A stretch of 64,000 bases of DNA, taken from the human T2T-CHM13v2.0 reference genome, Homo sapiens. Under the pieces are notes generated by a model. It was not told where the DNA came from. It searched no databases and worked only from the letters and a program-made list of their open reading frames with translations. The position numbers were made by a program, and so were the translations under genes. The DNA lies in the NCBI RefSeq assembly GCF_009914755.1, contig NC_060930.1. One strand, 5' to 3'. Position 1 is the stretch's first letter, and each line of letters starts with the position of its first letter. This document shows positions 18,089 to 32,078 of the stretch, piece by piece.

Positions 18089-20510
18089 ACTACATACAGC
18101 TCAAGATAGATGTCAATGTTGTGTATTGATTTGGAAGTCAAGGTCATGAAGTGATATTTTTAAAAATGAGGGAGGATGACACCTCTAAAAGAAAACATGT
18201 CAAGAGAAAAGTGCAGTGAGCCAAGGATGGAACCCCAAGGAATATTGTTGCTTAAGGGGTGGACGAAGGAGGAAGAGGAGGAGCTTAAAAGAAGACTGAA
18301 AAATGGGAGAAACGGAAGAAAATAATATTACAGAAATCAATGATTTAGAGTTTCCAGCCCCATAAGATAGAATTAAGCAATAGCAGGAATATTTTGCTCC
18401 CCACAAGTACTTTCCAACTATTAAGACTTTCTCAAATAGAATAGGCCACTTAAAGAAGGAACCCAGAAGCCAAATGACTAAATGTCAGTGGTGGTGTTGA
18501 AAGCATCCCTCACTGAAGGGGAGGTTGGGGCTACTGATAAAGAACTTTCAGACTGAAGGGATGCTAAAATTTAATGACTATGTAATCAGACACAGGCGAT
18601 TCTGATTTAATTTGAGATGGAATTCTGTGTACCGAAAGGTCATGGTAAAAATAAATAGAAAAAAAGTCATTCCAAGTCTTTGGAATTGTGTACTTTAACT
18701 CTTTATAAGCAAACATGTCTGCCAAATGGCCCCTAGTTGTCTTTTCCTTTGGTTCAATGCTGTAATGCCGGTTTTCATGGCTTCTGTGTTGTATTGTGGT
18801 TTTACTGCCATTGGTCTTGTGTTACTAATTGTACTTACCATACAGAAGAAATTTCACATTAATATCAGGACTAAAACTCTTTTAAATCATGTTGATATAT
18901 TAGATAGTTTTGAATGGCAATTACTTTTAAATTTTGCCAGGGCATAATAAATCTATTTCAAGTGTACCTTTTTTTTCCTCTAAAACAAGAAAATGAGAGA
19001 GTTAAAATATTTATATTATTAGCATTTTAAAAGAAGTTTTCCACTATTATTTTCTGTATTTGTGTGATTTATTGGCTTGAAGTTATGGCAAAATTATTTT
19101 AGATAGCAGTTGTTAATTACTCAGCATTAATTAAATGAAGTGAAAAAAGAAATAAAAGATATTTCTCAGAATGATTTCTATTCATGGCAAGTTACTTGAT
19201 TCTGGTTTCCCAAAACAATATGCTTTATCAGTGAGAGAGAAACAAACATTTGGTTTGAACTTGGCTGTTCACAGATTATGATATTGCTTAGCAAAGCAGA
19301 AAATTATGAAATCTAGGTTGAAGTCATTGGTTAAAAAAAAAAAAAAAGCCCCTGATGTAAATGCATTTGCACACATTTCAATTGCAGTCGCTTTTCCCAC
19401 AAATCAGCTTTATCAGCTCCATTAGCAGTTGACGCCAATAAAAATCTGAGGTCAACTTCCTGCTGGTTGGTTCTTAAGTGTCAGAAATAATATATTCTGT
19501 GTTACAAATGTCCCAGAGGTATATATGTCTGCTCCTTCCAACACTGCTATAACTTATTCTCCAGCATAAACATCTGCCCTTATGCTCATTAAAAGTTGCT
19601 CTTAAAAATAGGAAATCAAGTAAAAACAAACTAATAAGTGAACAGCCTGACACAGGCTAACTGCCAAGAACAGATTGGTTCTGTATTCAGAACTCCCACT
19701 GACATCAGACTTGGCTTGGGTTTTATTCATATTATTTTCCATTCATTTATTTGTTTATTTAATATTTTACATCATAATTGATAATCCTTGAGCAATGAAA
19801 CTAAAAATTATCAAAACTTTGGACAGTATGACTTGGGTCATTCCTTGTTAGATATTATGGTCTCCTTTTTTCTTTCTTCATCTAAAGATACAGTCTGGCA
19901 TAGATTCAAATTTTTTAGGTTAAATACAAATATTTTTCCTTTGACAATTTTAAAAATTAATTATACTAATTGGAGATACCATGAGGTTTTATAACTCCAG
20001 ATCTGGAAATCTGAGGAAAACACAAAACAAATAGTACTTGGCCAACTATGTCCTTCTTATGTATCTCAAATTTAACAAGTATTTATTGAACATCTATGTG
20101 TTGAGTATGTGCAAAGATGAGTAAAACATGTACCCTATCCTTAAGGAGCTAATGATTTAAAGGACAAGATAGATGTAAACTAGTAATTATAATAAGTGCA
20201 ATCATTAAGATACTCAGAAAGCCCAAGTTTTATTTATTTTTATTTTTATTAAGTTTTGCTGATATAGTTCATGCAGATCCTTGAAGCCCTAGATTTAGAT
20301 CTGTCTCTCGGGATTTGCAAAGTTGTAGAGAGGAAGGGAGAGAGGAACAGTGCATAAGCAGGAGCTTTGCATTTTCTATTTCTTACCATTTTATACCTCT
20401 ATTTCAATATCTTTATAGTGAAGCATCCTTTTTGTCGTAAGTCTCTCCATGTTGCTAGGATTTTTCACTGGCTACCCTGATGGCTTTGTTTAGTACTCAA
20501 ATTTCTAGGA

Positions 20511-21222
20511 CAGGGCTATTCAATATGCAGATAATGTGAACCACATATAAAATTTCAAATATTCTAATAGCCACATTATAAAAAATAAAAAACAGGTGAA
20601 ATTAATATTAATAATATATTCTTTTTAACCCGATAGACCCCAAACATTATTATTGCAACATATAATCAATATTTAAAAGACTGTTAATGATATATTTTAC
20701 TTTTAAAAAATGTCCAGTGTGTATTTTACACTTAGAGCACAACTCAATTCAGACTAGCCAAAATTCAAATGCTTAATAGTTGCATCAGTGATATGGTTTA
20801 GATGTGTGTCCCTGCCAAAATCTCTTATGTTGAAATGTAATCCCCAATGTTGGAGGGGGGCCTGGTGGAGGTGGTTGGATTATGGGGGTGGATTTCTCAT
20901 GAATGGTTTACCACCATCCCCTGGGTGCTGTTCTGGTGTTAGTGAGAGAGTTCTCATGAGATCTGGTCGTTTAAAAGTGTGCAGCACTCCCCACCCGCCC
21001 CCTCCACTTGCTCCTACTCCCCCTTTGCCTTCCACCATGTTTGGAAGCTTCCTGAGGCCTCCCCAGAAGCAGAAGCCATGATGCTTCCTGTGTAGCCCTC
21101 AGAACCGTGAGCCAATTAGACAAACCTCTTTTCTTTATAAATTACCCAGTGTCAGGAATTTACAGCAGTGCAAGAATGGACTAATACAGTGAGGTTAGCA
21201 GATACTGTGTTAGACGACACAG
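20511..21222. mobile_element. MER33-like (hAT-Charlie) element split by an MST LTR
   Basis: MER33-type sequence on both sides of the LTR, bounded by tctag motifs. Confidence 0.75.
20789..21188 (+). mobile_element. MSTB-like MaLR solo LTR
   Basis: tgatatggttt...ggactaataca termini. Confidence 0.9.
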
Positions 21223-22004
21223 TTCTAGATATTTAACTCTTTAGGGTTTCTTTTTTATCTATTTATTCCTTTGTATGTAAATGAACTTTGACAACTTGCC
21301 AGATAGCTTTTTCTCAGGCTGAACCAGGGAAAGTCATTTTTTCATATCCCCTAAAGGGAGCCAGAAAGCAACTCTATGAGAGTTATAAATGTCTCAGTTG
21401 TTTTAGCTCTCAATTCTTGCAAACACTGGAGAGTTTTCATATTTCCTTTCCCCATCCATAAGATTACTCCAGGCACTTGGATGTAGGAGAAAGAAGAAAA
21501 CTGACATGTGAACTGTTCATTTTGTATAAATATATGTGCTAACAATTATTGAGATAGAATTTATATACAATAAAATTCACTCATTTAAGGCATACAGTTC
21601 AATGGTTTTTAGTGCACATATAGAGTTGTGCAAATACCATCATCCAATTTCAGAACATTTTTGTCATTTTAAACAGAAGCTCCATGCCCATTATCATGCA
21701 CTATACATACTTCCCATGTCCTTAGTTTTAGGCAACTACTCATCTATTTTCTGTCTCTATAGATTTGTCTAATTTGAAAATGTCATATAAATTGTATCAT
21801 TAAAAATGTTTGGCATATTTCACTTAGTATTATTTTTAAAGGTTCATTCATGCTGTAGCATGCATCAGTACTTCATTCCTTTTATTATTACAATAGTTTT
21901 CTTCCGTACGTATATACCACATTTTGTTTATCCATTCATCAGATGATGGACCTTTGGGTTTACACCTTTTAGTTATGAACAATGCTGCTATGAATATTCA
22001 GGTA

Positions 22005-24478
22005 CAGACATACCTTGTTTTATTGTGTCTTGTTTTATCGTGCATTGCAGATAATGTGTTTTTTTTGAAGGTTTGTGGCAACCCTACATCAAGTCTATCA
22101 ATGTCATTTTTCCAACAGCGTATGCTTCTTTCTGTCTCTTTGTGACATTTTGGTAATTCTGGTAATATTTCAAACTTTTTCATTATTACATATTTTATGG
22201 TAGTCTGTGATTAGTGATCCCTGATGTTACTATTGTAATTGTTTTCAGGTGCCACAAACCACTCCTATATAAGATGGTGAACTTAATTGAAACATGTTGT
22301 ATGTATTCTGACTGCTCCACTGACTGTCTGCTCCCCACATCTCTCTCTCTAGGACTCCCTATACCCCAAGACACAACAATATTGAAATTAGGCCAATTAA
22401 TAACCCTACAATGACCTCTAAGTGTTTAAGTAAAAGAAAGAGTCTCACTTAAACTGTCCAAATCACTTTAAATATAAAGCTAGAAATGATGAAGTTTAGT
22501 GAGGAAGGCATGTAGAAAGCTAAGATAGGTAGAAAGCTAGGCCTCTTGCACCAAACAGCCAAGTTGTAAATGCAAAGGAAAAATTCTTGAAGGGAATTTA
22601 AAAAATCCATTGTTCACACAAATGATAAGGCAAAACAAGGCCGGGTGCAGTGGCTCACGCCTGTAATCCCAGGACTTTGGGAGGTCAAGGTGGGCAGATC
22701 ACCTGAAGTAAGGAGTTCGAGATCAGCCTGGCCAACAGGGTGAAACCCCATCTCTACTAAAATACAAAAATTAGTTGGGCGTGGTTACAGGAGCCTGTAA
22801 TCCCAGCTACTCAGGAGGCTGAGGCAGGAGAATCACCTGAACTCGGGAGGCAGAGATTCCAGTGAGCCAAGATTGCGCCACTGCACTCTAGCCTGGGTGA
22901 CAGAGCAAGACCCTGTCTCAACCGTCTCAAAAAAAAAAAAAAAATGCAAAACAACTCTATTGCTGATATGGAGCAAGTTTTAGTGGTCTGGATAGAAAAA
23001 CAAACCAGACAACATTCCTTTAAGCCAAAAGCTAATCCAGAGCAGGGCCTTAACTCTTTTTTGATTGTATGAAGCTTGAGAGAGGTGAGAAAGCTACAGA
23101 AGAAAAGTTTGAAGCTAGCAGAGGTTGGTTCATGAGGTTTAAAGAAAGAGCCATCTCTATAACGTTAAAGTGTAAGGTGAAGCAGCAAGTGCTAGTAGAA
23201 GCTACAGCATGTTATTCAGAAAATCTAGCTAATATTATTGATGAAGGTGGCTACACTAAACAATAGATTTTTAAATGTTGATAAAATAGCCTTATATTGA
23301 AAGAAGGTGCCATCTAGGACTTTCTAAGCTAGACAGAAGTCAATGCCTGACTTCAAAACTTCAAAGGACAAGCCAACTTTCTTGTTAGGGGCTAATGCAG
23401 CTGGTGACTTTAAGTTGAAGCCAATGCTCATTTACCATCCTGAAAATCCTAGGGCCTTTAAGAATTATGCTAAAGCCATTCTGCTTGTGCTCTACAAATG
23501 GAACAATGAAGCCTGATGATAGCACCTCTGTTTACAGCATGGTTTACTGAATGTTTTAAGCTTACTGTTGAGACCTACTGCTCAGAAAAAAGATTCCTTT
23601 CAAAATACTGCTACTCATTGACAATGCACCTGGTTACCCAAAAGCTCTGTTGGAGATGCACAAGGAGACTAGTGTTTTCATGCCTGCTGATAAACCATAT
23701 ATTCTGTAGCCCATGAATTAAGGAGTATTTTGACATTCAAGTCTTATTATTTAACAAATGTATTTTTGTAAGGCTATAGCTGCCATAAATAGTGATTCCT
23801 CTGATGGACTAGGCAAAGTCAGTTGAAACCTTTCTGGAAAGAATTCACCATTCTATATGCCATTAAGAACACCTATGATTCATGGGAGGTGGTCAGAATA
23901 GCAACATTAACAGGAGTATGGAAGAAGTTGATTCCAGTACTCATGGATGACTTTGAGGGGTTCAGAACTTCAGTGGAGGAAGTAATTGCAGATGTGGTGA
24001 AAAAGCAAGAGAACTAGAATTAGAATTGGAGCCTGAAGATGTGACTGAATTGCTGCAATCTCATGATAGAACTTTAATGAATGTGAAGTTGCTTCTTATG
24101 AATGAGCAAAGATGTTGGTCCCTTGAGATGGAATCTACTCCTGGTGAAGATGATGTAAACGTTACTGAAATGACAACAAAGGATTCAGAGTATACAGAAA
24201 TTTAGTTGATAAAGCAGTGGTAGGATTTGAAACAAGTTCTGCTATGGGTAAAATGCTATCAAACAGCATCACATGCTACAAAGAAATGTTTCTTAAAAGG
24301 AAGATTTAATTGATTTGGCAAACTTTACTGTTGTCTTATTTTAAGAAATTGTCACTGCCATCTCAACATTCAGCAACCACTATCCTGCTCAGTCAGCAGC
24401 CATCAACATCCAGACAAGACCCTCTACCTGCGGAAAGATGACAACACACTGAAGGCTCAGATGATTGTTAGCATATAT
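22005..24478 (+). mobile_element. Tigger1 DNA transposon, near full-length, right terminus missing
   Basis: TA followed by the left TIR cagacatacctt; transposase remnants ([22 protein letters not shown]); no right TIR. Confidence 0.92.
22639..22943 (+). mobile_element. AluS SINE inside Tigger1
   Basis: Full Alu with poly-A; TSD gcaaaacaa. Confidence 0.95.
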
Positions 24479-25344
24479 TTTCATTTTATTCTGGTATAAA
24501 TGTAGTAGTGGAAACTTCTCTCTGAAGTGGCTGCACCATTTCATCAGCAATGTATGAAAATTCAATTTTCTCATATCCTTGCCTTAACTGTTATTGTCTA
24601 TAATTTTGACTACAGCTATCCTAGTGGATGTGAAATGGTATCTCATTGTGGTTTTGGTCTTTGTTTCCCTAATGCTAATGATGTTAAGCATTTATTTTCT
24701 TGTGCTTTTTGGCCATTTGTGTGTTTCTTTGGAAAAATGTCTATTCGAATTTTTTACCCATTTGAAATTTGATGATTTGTCTTTTCATTGTTGTTTTGTG
24801 AGAGTTTTTTTAAAAATATATATTCTGGATACAAGTTCTTCATCAGATATATAATTTGTACATACTTTCTCCCATTCTGTGGGTTGTCTTTTCATTTTCT
24901 TGATGGCATCTTTGAAACACAAATGTTTTAAATTTTGATGAAATGCAATTATCTTTTTCTCTCTTGTTATGTCCGATTTGCTGTTGTAGCATACGTTATA
25001 TTTACACCATCTTTGTGCATGACTAAAACATAGCCATAGCCTCTGTTTGCTGGAGTCGATGGAGAAAAGCAGCAATGAAACATGCAGTGACAGTAAAGCA
25101 AGAAGTTCCAGGTGCTGTGTATTTACCCCACAGGAACAATTAATCTTGTCTCATGTTAGTGAGAGGACACGGAATGTTTCAGAAGGGACAATTTAGAAGC
25201 TGACAGGTCAGGAAGTGTTATTTAACAGTGAGGAAAGGAAAGAATTTAGTTATGTGTACTGTTCATGACGGCAATATAAAAATTTTTCAAAGATATTTGT
25301 GTTATGAAATTCCTTGGTTTCTGATACAAGCAGTGTCATGTAAC

Positions 25345-25395
25345 TGTGTGTGCATGTGTACACGTGCACGTGCGTGCATGTGCACATGTATGTGT
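25345..25395. repeat. Alternating purine-pyrimidine tract (degenerate TG/CA)
   Basis: About 51 nt of uninterrupted RY alternation. Confidence 0.9.
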
Positions 25396-28300
25396 TTAGA
25401 GAATGCACTTCAGGATCTTGCAACCCAGCTCAGGGCCATCTTTCTGAAGGTCAGTTGTTGGTCTGGCTAAGCATAGAAATACTGGTTGATAGAAGTAGCT
25501 GATAGAATAGTGGAAAAAGTCATACAAGGACAAAGCTACATAATCCGCTCTCACTGTAGTTAAGACCTTAATATTTATACTAAAGCTAACTGCAAACAAC
25601 CTCTGTATATTTGGAAAAATACACTGTGTCCAAGAGTCTTTTAAAGGCTTTGGCATTTTCCTCTGTTCATGCTAAAAGACATAGCAACAGGATAAGGAAC
25701 AGTCTCACCTTCAACTTTTGTACTTGACCAACCCCAGTTCTTACCTTTCTTTATGTATTTTAAAATCCGTTTAGATAAATGCATAACTTATGAACACTGG
25801 GAAAAATTGTGGATAAAATGTTCTTAAAATTATTGTTTGTACCAAATGTCAAATGGCAGGAATTGAAATTAAAACAGACATGAAATAGGCAATAAAGGTA
25901 AAATCAATAAAGTAGATTTCACAAAAGGCTGAGTTACACAGCTTTTATGATGAGTCCAATTTTTAGGGTAGACAGAACCCTGGGGATGTATGCTCCCATT
26001 GGTGTGTAGGCATCACTCCGATTTACTTTAATGAGCCTTATCAGCGGGAAACAAGGGAAAATAGATTCTTCAGCTCTCCTTTCCTATTGCCGGCTCCAAA
26101 GCCCTTAACAAAGTACACACCATGCATTAGTTTGGGGTACTATTCAGATAAGAGTCACTCAGCAAGGAAAGTATTCAAAATCCTGCAAAGCCTTGTTTTG
26201 CATATTGTTCAGGAGATCCAGTTAGTACATAAACAGTTATTCTCTGTACTAGAGTGTCTTTATCCCAGGCTGTGCAGATTTAAGAATTACCTCAAGGCAA
26301 TCTGTAATGCAGATAATATTGGCAACTAAGTGCAAATGCAGATAAAAGATTGCATAAATAATACTCCTGATGGGAATTACCGCATAACATTTATAGTAGG
26401 ATCCATGCCATCCTTTGTAATCTGATGCTATATAATGCCATGAGATTACGTGATTAATTTAGATAAGCAGCATTACTGAAATATTTTATATTTAGTTACT
26501 ACATTAAAGAAAAATAGTATCCTAAAATCTAGGTGGTTTATTAACATGAACGCATTGATTATAATTTTGAATACTAGGTTGCATGCCTACTTAATATGGT
26601 AATTCTTCTTGCTTCTTTGACCATTAGTTCAATTCCATAGATGAAAATTGCATTTCCACCCTGTAACATAGACATTGTGTTACATGCTAAGATGCAAAAT
26701 GAGCAATATCCTGGAGATATTTCATTGGCAATAGGTGCTCATCCTAAGGAGCTCATCCACAGATCTGCCTGTGAGTCCAGAAAGCAACTCAGCCTGGTCA
26801 TGCAGTATCAGTAAAGAGTCCAAGAAGATGACACAGAGCCAAATCTTCAAGCTGAGGGAGAATTAGCCAGGTGGCAGCAAGGGTATTCAAAGCCAGCAGC
26901 ACTCACCTCACTTATTATAAGTGCTGTATATCATTTCCGTCGAAACAAGTACATTTCCATTTAAAAGGTAATTATAACTAACTAAAGAGGTAGAGAAATG
27001 CTACACTAAGCAAGTGCTAAACAAGTGTAGCATTTTTCTGCCTCCTTAATTAGTTACAAGCACCTTTGTAAGAAAGAAGCAAAGTACACATTCCTTATTT
27101 TATTAAGTCATGTAAAAGCTTTCAGGAGTGGCTGCTCCAGTCCAATACATTTGCAAGAATTTGTAGAGAATCCTTTGCAAGCCTGGCATTAGGCTTACAT
27201 TCAGGGTAATTGGGTACCCAGGGCTATAATACACTTAACTTTCAGCAGCGACTTTCTTCAAAGCTGTGCTCTGAGGCCATTTTTCTAGTCTAAGAAAACT
27301 AGGAGAAGGAAAGTAAGTAAATTTTGGGGAGAAAGGAGCAGGGCATCGCTGAGGAATGCAGGGCAGCAACCATGGTCCCAAAGGAAGGTAGCAGTGAGTT
27401 TGGGGCAGGTATTGACAGGCTGGATGGGAAGACCACATGAGTAGTGGGCAACAGAAGTGGAGAGAAGTGTGTGTGTGAGGGTGGCTCAGGGGCGGGGAAG
27501 AAGGAAGGGGAAGAGGGAACAGACTTTTTTTTTTTTTTTTTTTTTGTGCAGCCTGAGAGGTTGTTTTAGTCCAACTTCATAAGACTGAAATATTTTGCTT
27601 CAGATTTTACTGAAAAAAAAAAATCCCAACCCACACATCCTTCTTCAAACTGGATAAAGGTATAATTTCCAGTCCCCTTTGTATCTAATTCAAATTGTAA
27701 TTTTATTTCCTATCTCCCTTGATGGCAAAATGTAGACAAGAGAGTTTGGAAAGCAGGCATAAAATGATATTAAACTGTGACATAGACTTAATTTAATCTC
27801 CCAGGCCAGCTCTTCTGGGGGACTGGGGGAAGGTTTGGCAATCCCTCTCTTGACCTGGTCAGCACTCCGCATCCTGGGATGATTTCCCTAGGTGAAAGGA
27901 AAGTGGCGAAGCCACAGTTACTGCTGGTACTTGCCAACAAAACTTCCTCTGCTTGCTACACACGTCCACTCTGTTTTCTTTACACTCACCCCAGGAGCTT
28001 TTAGATCCAGCAGTATGTTTCACATAATTTTTTGTGTGCTGCAGCAGCAGTTTCATCTTTATTTAGCAAGACTGTACAGTCCGACTGCCACATTCCCATG
28101 AAACATGTGGTTAATTATCCACCTTTCCACATATTGGGATGTGTGGCTCTACGTAAATTGCGTAAATCAAGTTGTTGTTTGTTTTCTGACTCCTCTGGCA
28201 AACAATAACTTGTATCTGTTTTATTTTTGGTTACCAATGATTTGAAGAAAGTCTATCTACCTATCATCTATCTAGTTTGTGTGTATCTGTGTGTAGTTTT

Positions 28301-28419
28301 AGTAACGCACTTACAGTTTTAGTAAAATATGGAATATTAAAGGTTTGATTAGTAGCATTCCAAAGCCTTTTTTTTTTAATAGAATGCACTTTTAAAGATA
28401 AAGGATATGCAGTTTATTG

Positions 28420-28885
28420 TCCTTTTCCACCTGCTCCACAGGTCTGTTATTTTCCTCCTGTCCTTTTCTCTGTCCAGGGAGCTGACCCTTCTCCATTCCT
28501 CCCCTAAGATCTCCTACTGGTGGATTCTGATAAAGTTTAGTTAGTGAGAGGCACCAGCAAGAGACCAGAGGGTAGGAGGAAAGAGAAGTCAGTGTATTTT
28601 CCTCCCTGCCCTGGGCCATGTTTTCTGGAAGGTTCTGTCTCCTTTAGACAACAACTCCTGTTCTCACAGCTTCACAGCTTCAGTTTTCACTGGGCTCCCA
28701 CAAACAGTATTTCCTTCCCGTTGGCTCTAGGAGTGGCAAAAACTTCTCCTTCCTGATGATCTCCAGGTGTCTAGTTTACTTCTTGTTTCCCTTAACACTC
28801 CAACAGGTGTGAAAATAAAATTCAGGGAAGTCTGTTGAACCACATGAGTTGGATTCAGCTTCCTGACAGGACCCTGACTGCTGTA
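28420..28885. mobile_element. LTR33-like ERVL LTR relic
   Basis: Motifs gagaggcaccagcaagagaccagagggtaggagg and gcttcctgacaggaccctgactg. Confidence 0.6.
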
Positions 28886-29092
28886 AGGGGAGTACTTTCC
28901 AAAAAAACAAACTTTTGAGTTTTCAGAAAACAATCATCTTCCAGGCACTCAAACATTGGGAATGTCTAATTTCACACTTGGTCCACCTAGGACAGGCCGT
29001 GTGGCTGTGTGTGATGAGCACTGGAAAGGGAGTGGAGAAACTCTTTGTGACCTCAGATAAGGCCCTCACACCATCCTATGGACTGTCTTCTT

Positions 29093-29404
29093 CTTCTTCT
29101 TTCTTCCTTTTTTTTTTTTGGAGACAGAGTCTCACTCTGTTGCCCAGGCTGGAGTGCAGTGGCGCGATCTCGGCTCACTGCAAGTTCCGCCTCCCGGGTT
29201 CACGCCATTCTCCTGCCTCAGCGTCCTGAGTAGCTGGGACTACAGGCACGGGCCACCACACCTGGCTAATTTTGTTTTTGTATTTTTAGTAGAGACAGGG
29301 TTTCACCGTGTTAACCAGGATGGTCTCACTCTCTTGACCTCGTGATCTGCCCGCCTCGGCATCCCAAAGTGCTGGGATTACAGGCGTGAGCCACCGCGCC
29401 GGCC
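29093..29404 (-). mobile_element. AluY-like SINE with (CTT)n/T tail, inserted in a MIR relic
   Basis: ttcacgccattctcc diagnostic; TSD atgg(a/g)ctgtcttctt. Confidence 0.94.
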
Positions 29405-30154
29405 ATGGGCTGTCTTCTTATCTGCAGTTGAGAACTGGTTACCCGCTGCACTGTGTGACTGTGGAGGGCACAAGATGCACCATGTGCCAAAGCACTTCGA
29501 AAAATATGAAGAGTTAAGCCATGAAACCCTGTGTGGTGTTTCTGTGGCTCTGTCCATGTTGTGCTGTTGATCCTCATTCTTTCTACTCCCCGTTCTACTA
29601 GCTGCTCTTTATGATTTTGCATTTCTGCATGTCATTAATTAAAGTTTAGATTTCCGGTTTAGTTTAAATTAATTACAGATATCCTGGTAGTATGGTTTTG
29701 TGATTGGGTGACTGGGTTTGGACATATGCGGTGGCAATTCTTGCTGGTTCACGCTCCCGCTGACGCATCTGTGACTCGATCTTTGGGACTTTGGGCCCCG
29801 GCATGTGCTGTGTAGCTTCTGGTGGGCTTTGTTTCCTTATGGATAAAATCATAATAGTAACACCTACCAAGTATTCCTCACAGGGATGATGTAAAGAGAT
29901 AATGAAAAAGTGTTAGAGCATTTTTGAAATCAATAGGAACAATATCATTATTAGGAACCCCAGTGGGTTTCAGTTTCCTCTTCTACAAAATTGGAAATAT
30001 AGAATGGAAAGTGTTGAGAGGTCCATTCAAACATCAACATTCTTAAGATTTGTGTCTCACAGTTTTGAGAAGATTTTACCAAAGACAAAAAATGGCATTA
30101 TTAACACACATCTTCTATGAGCAATGCATGGAAAAGGTAGGTATTCGTAAGGAG

Positions 30155-30439
30155 ATAAAGTTAAAAGGAGGTCATATAAGTGGGGGCCTAACCTAATAAG
30201 ACTGTGGCCTTATAAGAAAAGAAAGGGAGAGAGATTTACACACACAGCCTTCGAGGAAAGGCTGTGTGGAGCAAGAAGGTGGCCCTCTGTAAAACAAGAA
30301 GAGAGTCCCCAGAACCCAGCCATTCTGGCAACCTGACCTTGAACTTCCAGCCTCCAAAACTGTGAGAAAACAAATATTCATTGTTTAAATCACTCCATCT
30401 ATGGTATTTTTGTTATGGTAACTCAAGCTGGCTAATACA
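30155..30439 (+). mobile_element. MLT1A-like LTR (partial)
   Basis: Ends ...ttgttatggtaactcaagctggctaataca. Confidence 0.8.
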
Positions 30440-30465
30440 TTTAGATTTGTTATTATAGATTATTA

Positions 30466-30816
<351 letters not shown>

Positions 30817-31059
30817 TCAAAAGAAAAAGGACTACGCTATAATGAGTTTAAATAAAAATAAAAATGTAACTTCTCATACCTCACTATTAATTTTCCTTTC
30901 ATAAGATGCGTCATTGTTTGTCCTCAATGTAGAAAAATTGGTTCTTGTGGGAGCTAGCCTAATTTTGAGAGAGTGATTTTATAAAGCTATCTAAAGGTAA
31001 TTTTCTATTAATCTAACATGATTCATTTTAGAACACTAACTCTGACATCTAATCCAAAA

Positions 31060-31250
31060 AGCAGGGTATATGTTAAAAGGCACCCAGGATTGGGAGCCAG
31101 CTGACCTCATTTCTAGTCTTGCCTTGACAAATACTGACGTTGTGACTTTGAAGAAGTCATTTTATCCCTCAGGCCTCAATGTCCTCATCTGAAAAATAAA
31201 AGATTAGTACTCGAATGGTGTCTGGGGTCCCTTTGAGTTGTCACACTTTA
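31060..31250 (+). mobile_element. MIR relic
   Basis: MIR core (tgtgactttgaagaagtcattt...ggcctcaatgtcctcatctgaaaaat). Confidence 0.65.
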
Positions 31251-31759
31251 TAAATGTGTACATCAATGCATTGTAAGTTTGCTAAAGTAATGTTTCAGTC
31301 TGAAAGATGCCATAGGCTGTTATAGGATGCTGTAAAAATAATGCTTATAGGTCTTCTAAGAATAGGAAAATATATTAATTGTACTTTTATTTTTTTAGTG
31401 TGTTAATTTCATTCCCCTAGAATAGAAAATAAAATACTATACTTTTAAAATTACAAGACAAAAGGGACAAAATCCACGTGTTCTTTTTTCAAGAACATTT
31501 TATGCAAATATGCCATTTAAAAAATGTTGCTATACTACCCACCATACACTAGGTGGAAGCAAAGAGTAAGTTAACGTGTAAAAGTTTAGACAGTATTACG
31601 GTAAACGAACCACAATTTTCTGGATAGTAAAGGTCATTAAAATTATAGGTTATATTTCTTTTTTAAAGATGCTAATTAGAAAAGAAAATAGCAAATAACA
31701 CTGCCTACTTAAGCCTTTGATACTAAGATGTACTACTGTTTAAGCCAAATCTTTAAAAA

Positions 31760-32078
31760 ATTTTTATAAGAAAAAAATTATATTTAATACTTTCAACATT
31801 TATTTTAGATTCAGAGGGTACATGTGCAGATTTGTTACCTGGGTATATTGCGTGATGCTGAGGTTGGGAGTACGACTGGTCCTTTCACCCAGGTACTGAG
31901 CATAGTACACAATAGTTTTTCAACCTTTGTCCTCCTCCTTCTCTCCCCCGTCTATGGTCCCCAGTGTCTATTGATGCCATCTTTATGTCTATGAGTACCC
32001 ATTGTTTAGCTTCCACTCATAAGTGAGAACATGCGGTATTTGGCTTTCTGTTCCTGCATTAATTTGCTTAGAATAATG
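31760..32078 (-). mobile_element. L1PA15/16-like 3' end fragment
   Basis: gggtacatgtgcagatttgttacctgggtatattgcgtgatgctgagg; probable TSD taagcc(a/t)aa(t/c)cttta. Confidence 0.85.

Larger units (their letters stand above)
21540..24985 (-). mobile_element. L1MB-type LINE 3' region interrupted by Tigger1
   Basis: L1MB 3'UTR at 21540-22004, resuming at about 24479; ORF 24785-25075 contains ORF2-like [11 protein letters not shown]. Confidence 0.85.

Noticed and set aside
18726-18947. 73-aa hydrophobic ORF resembling a membrane micropeptide
   Set aside because: T-rich composition explains the hydrophobicity; there is no recognisable family or supporting exon structure.
23069-24017. Tigger1 transposase ORFs as a possible domesticated TIGD-like gene
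   Set aside because: Multiple stops and frameshifts plus an Alu insertion break the frame.
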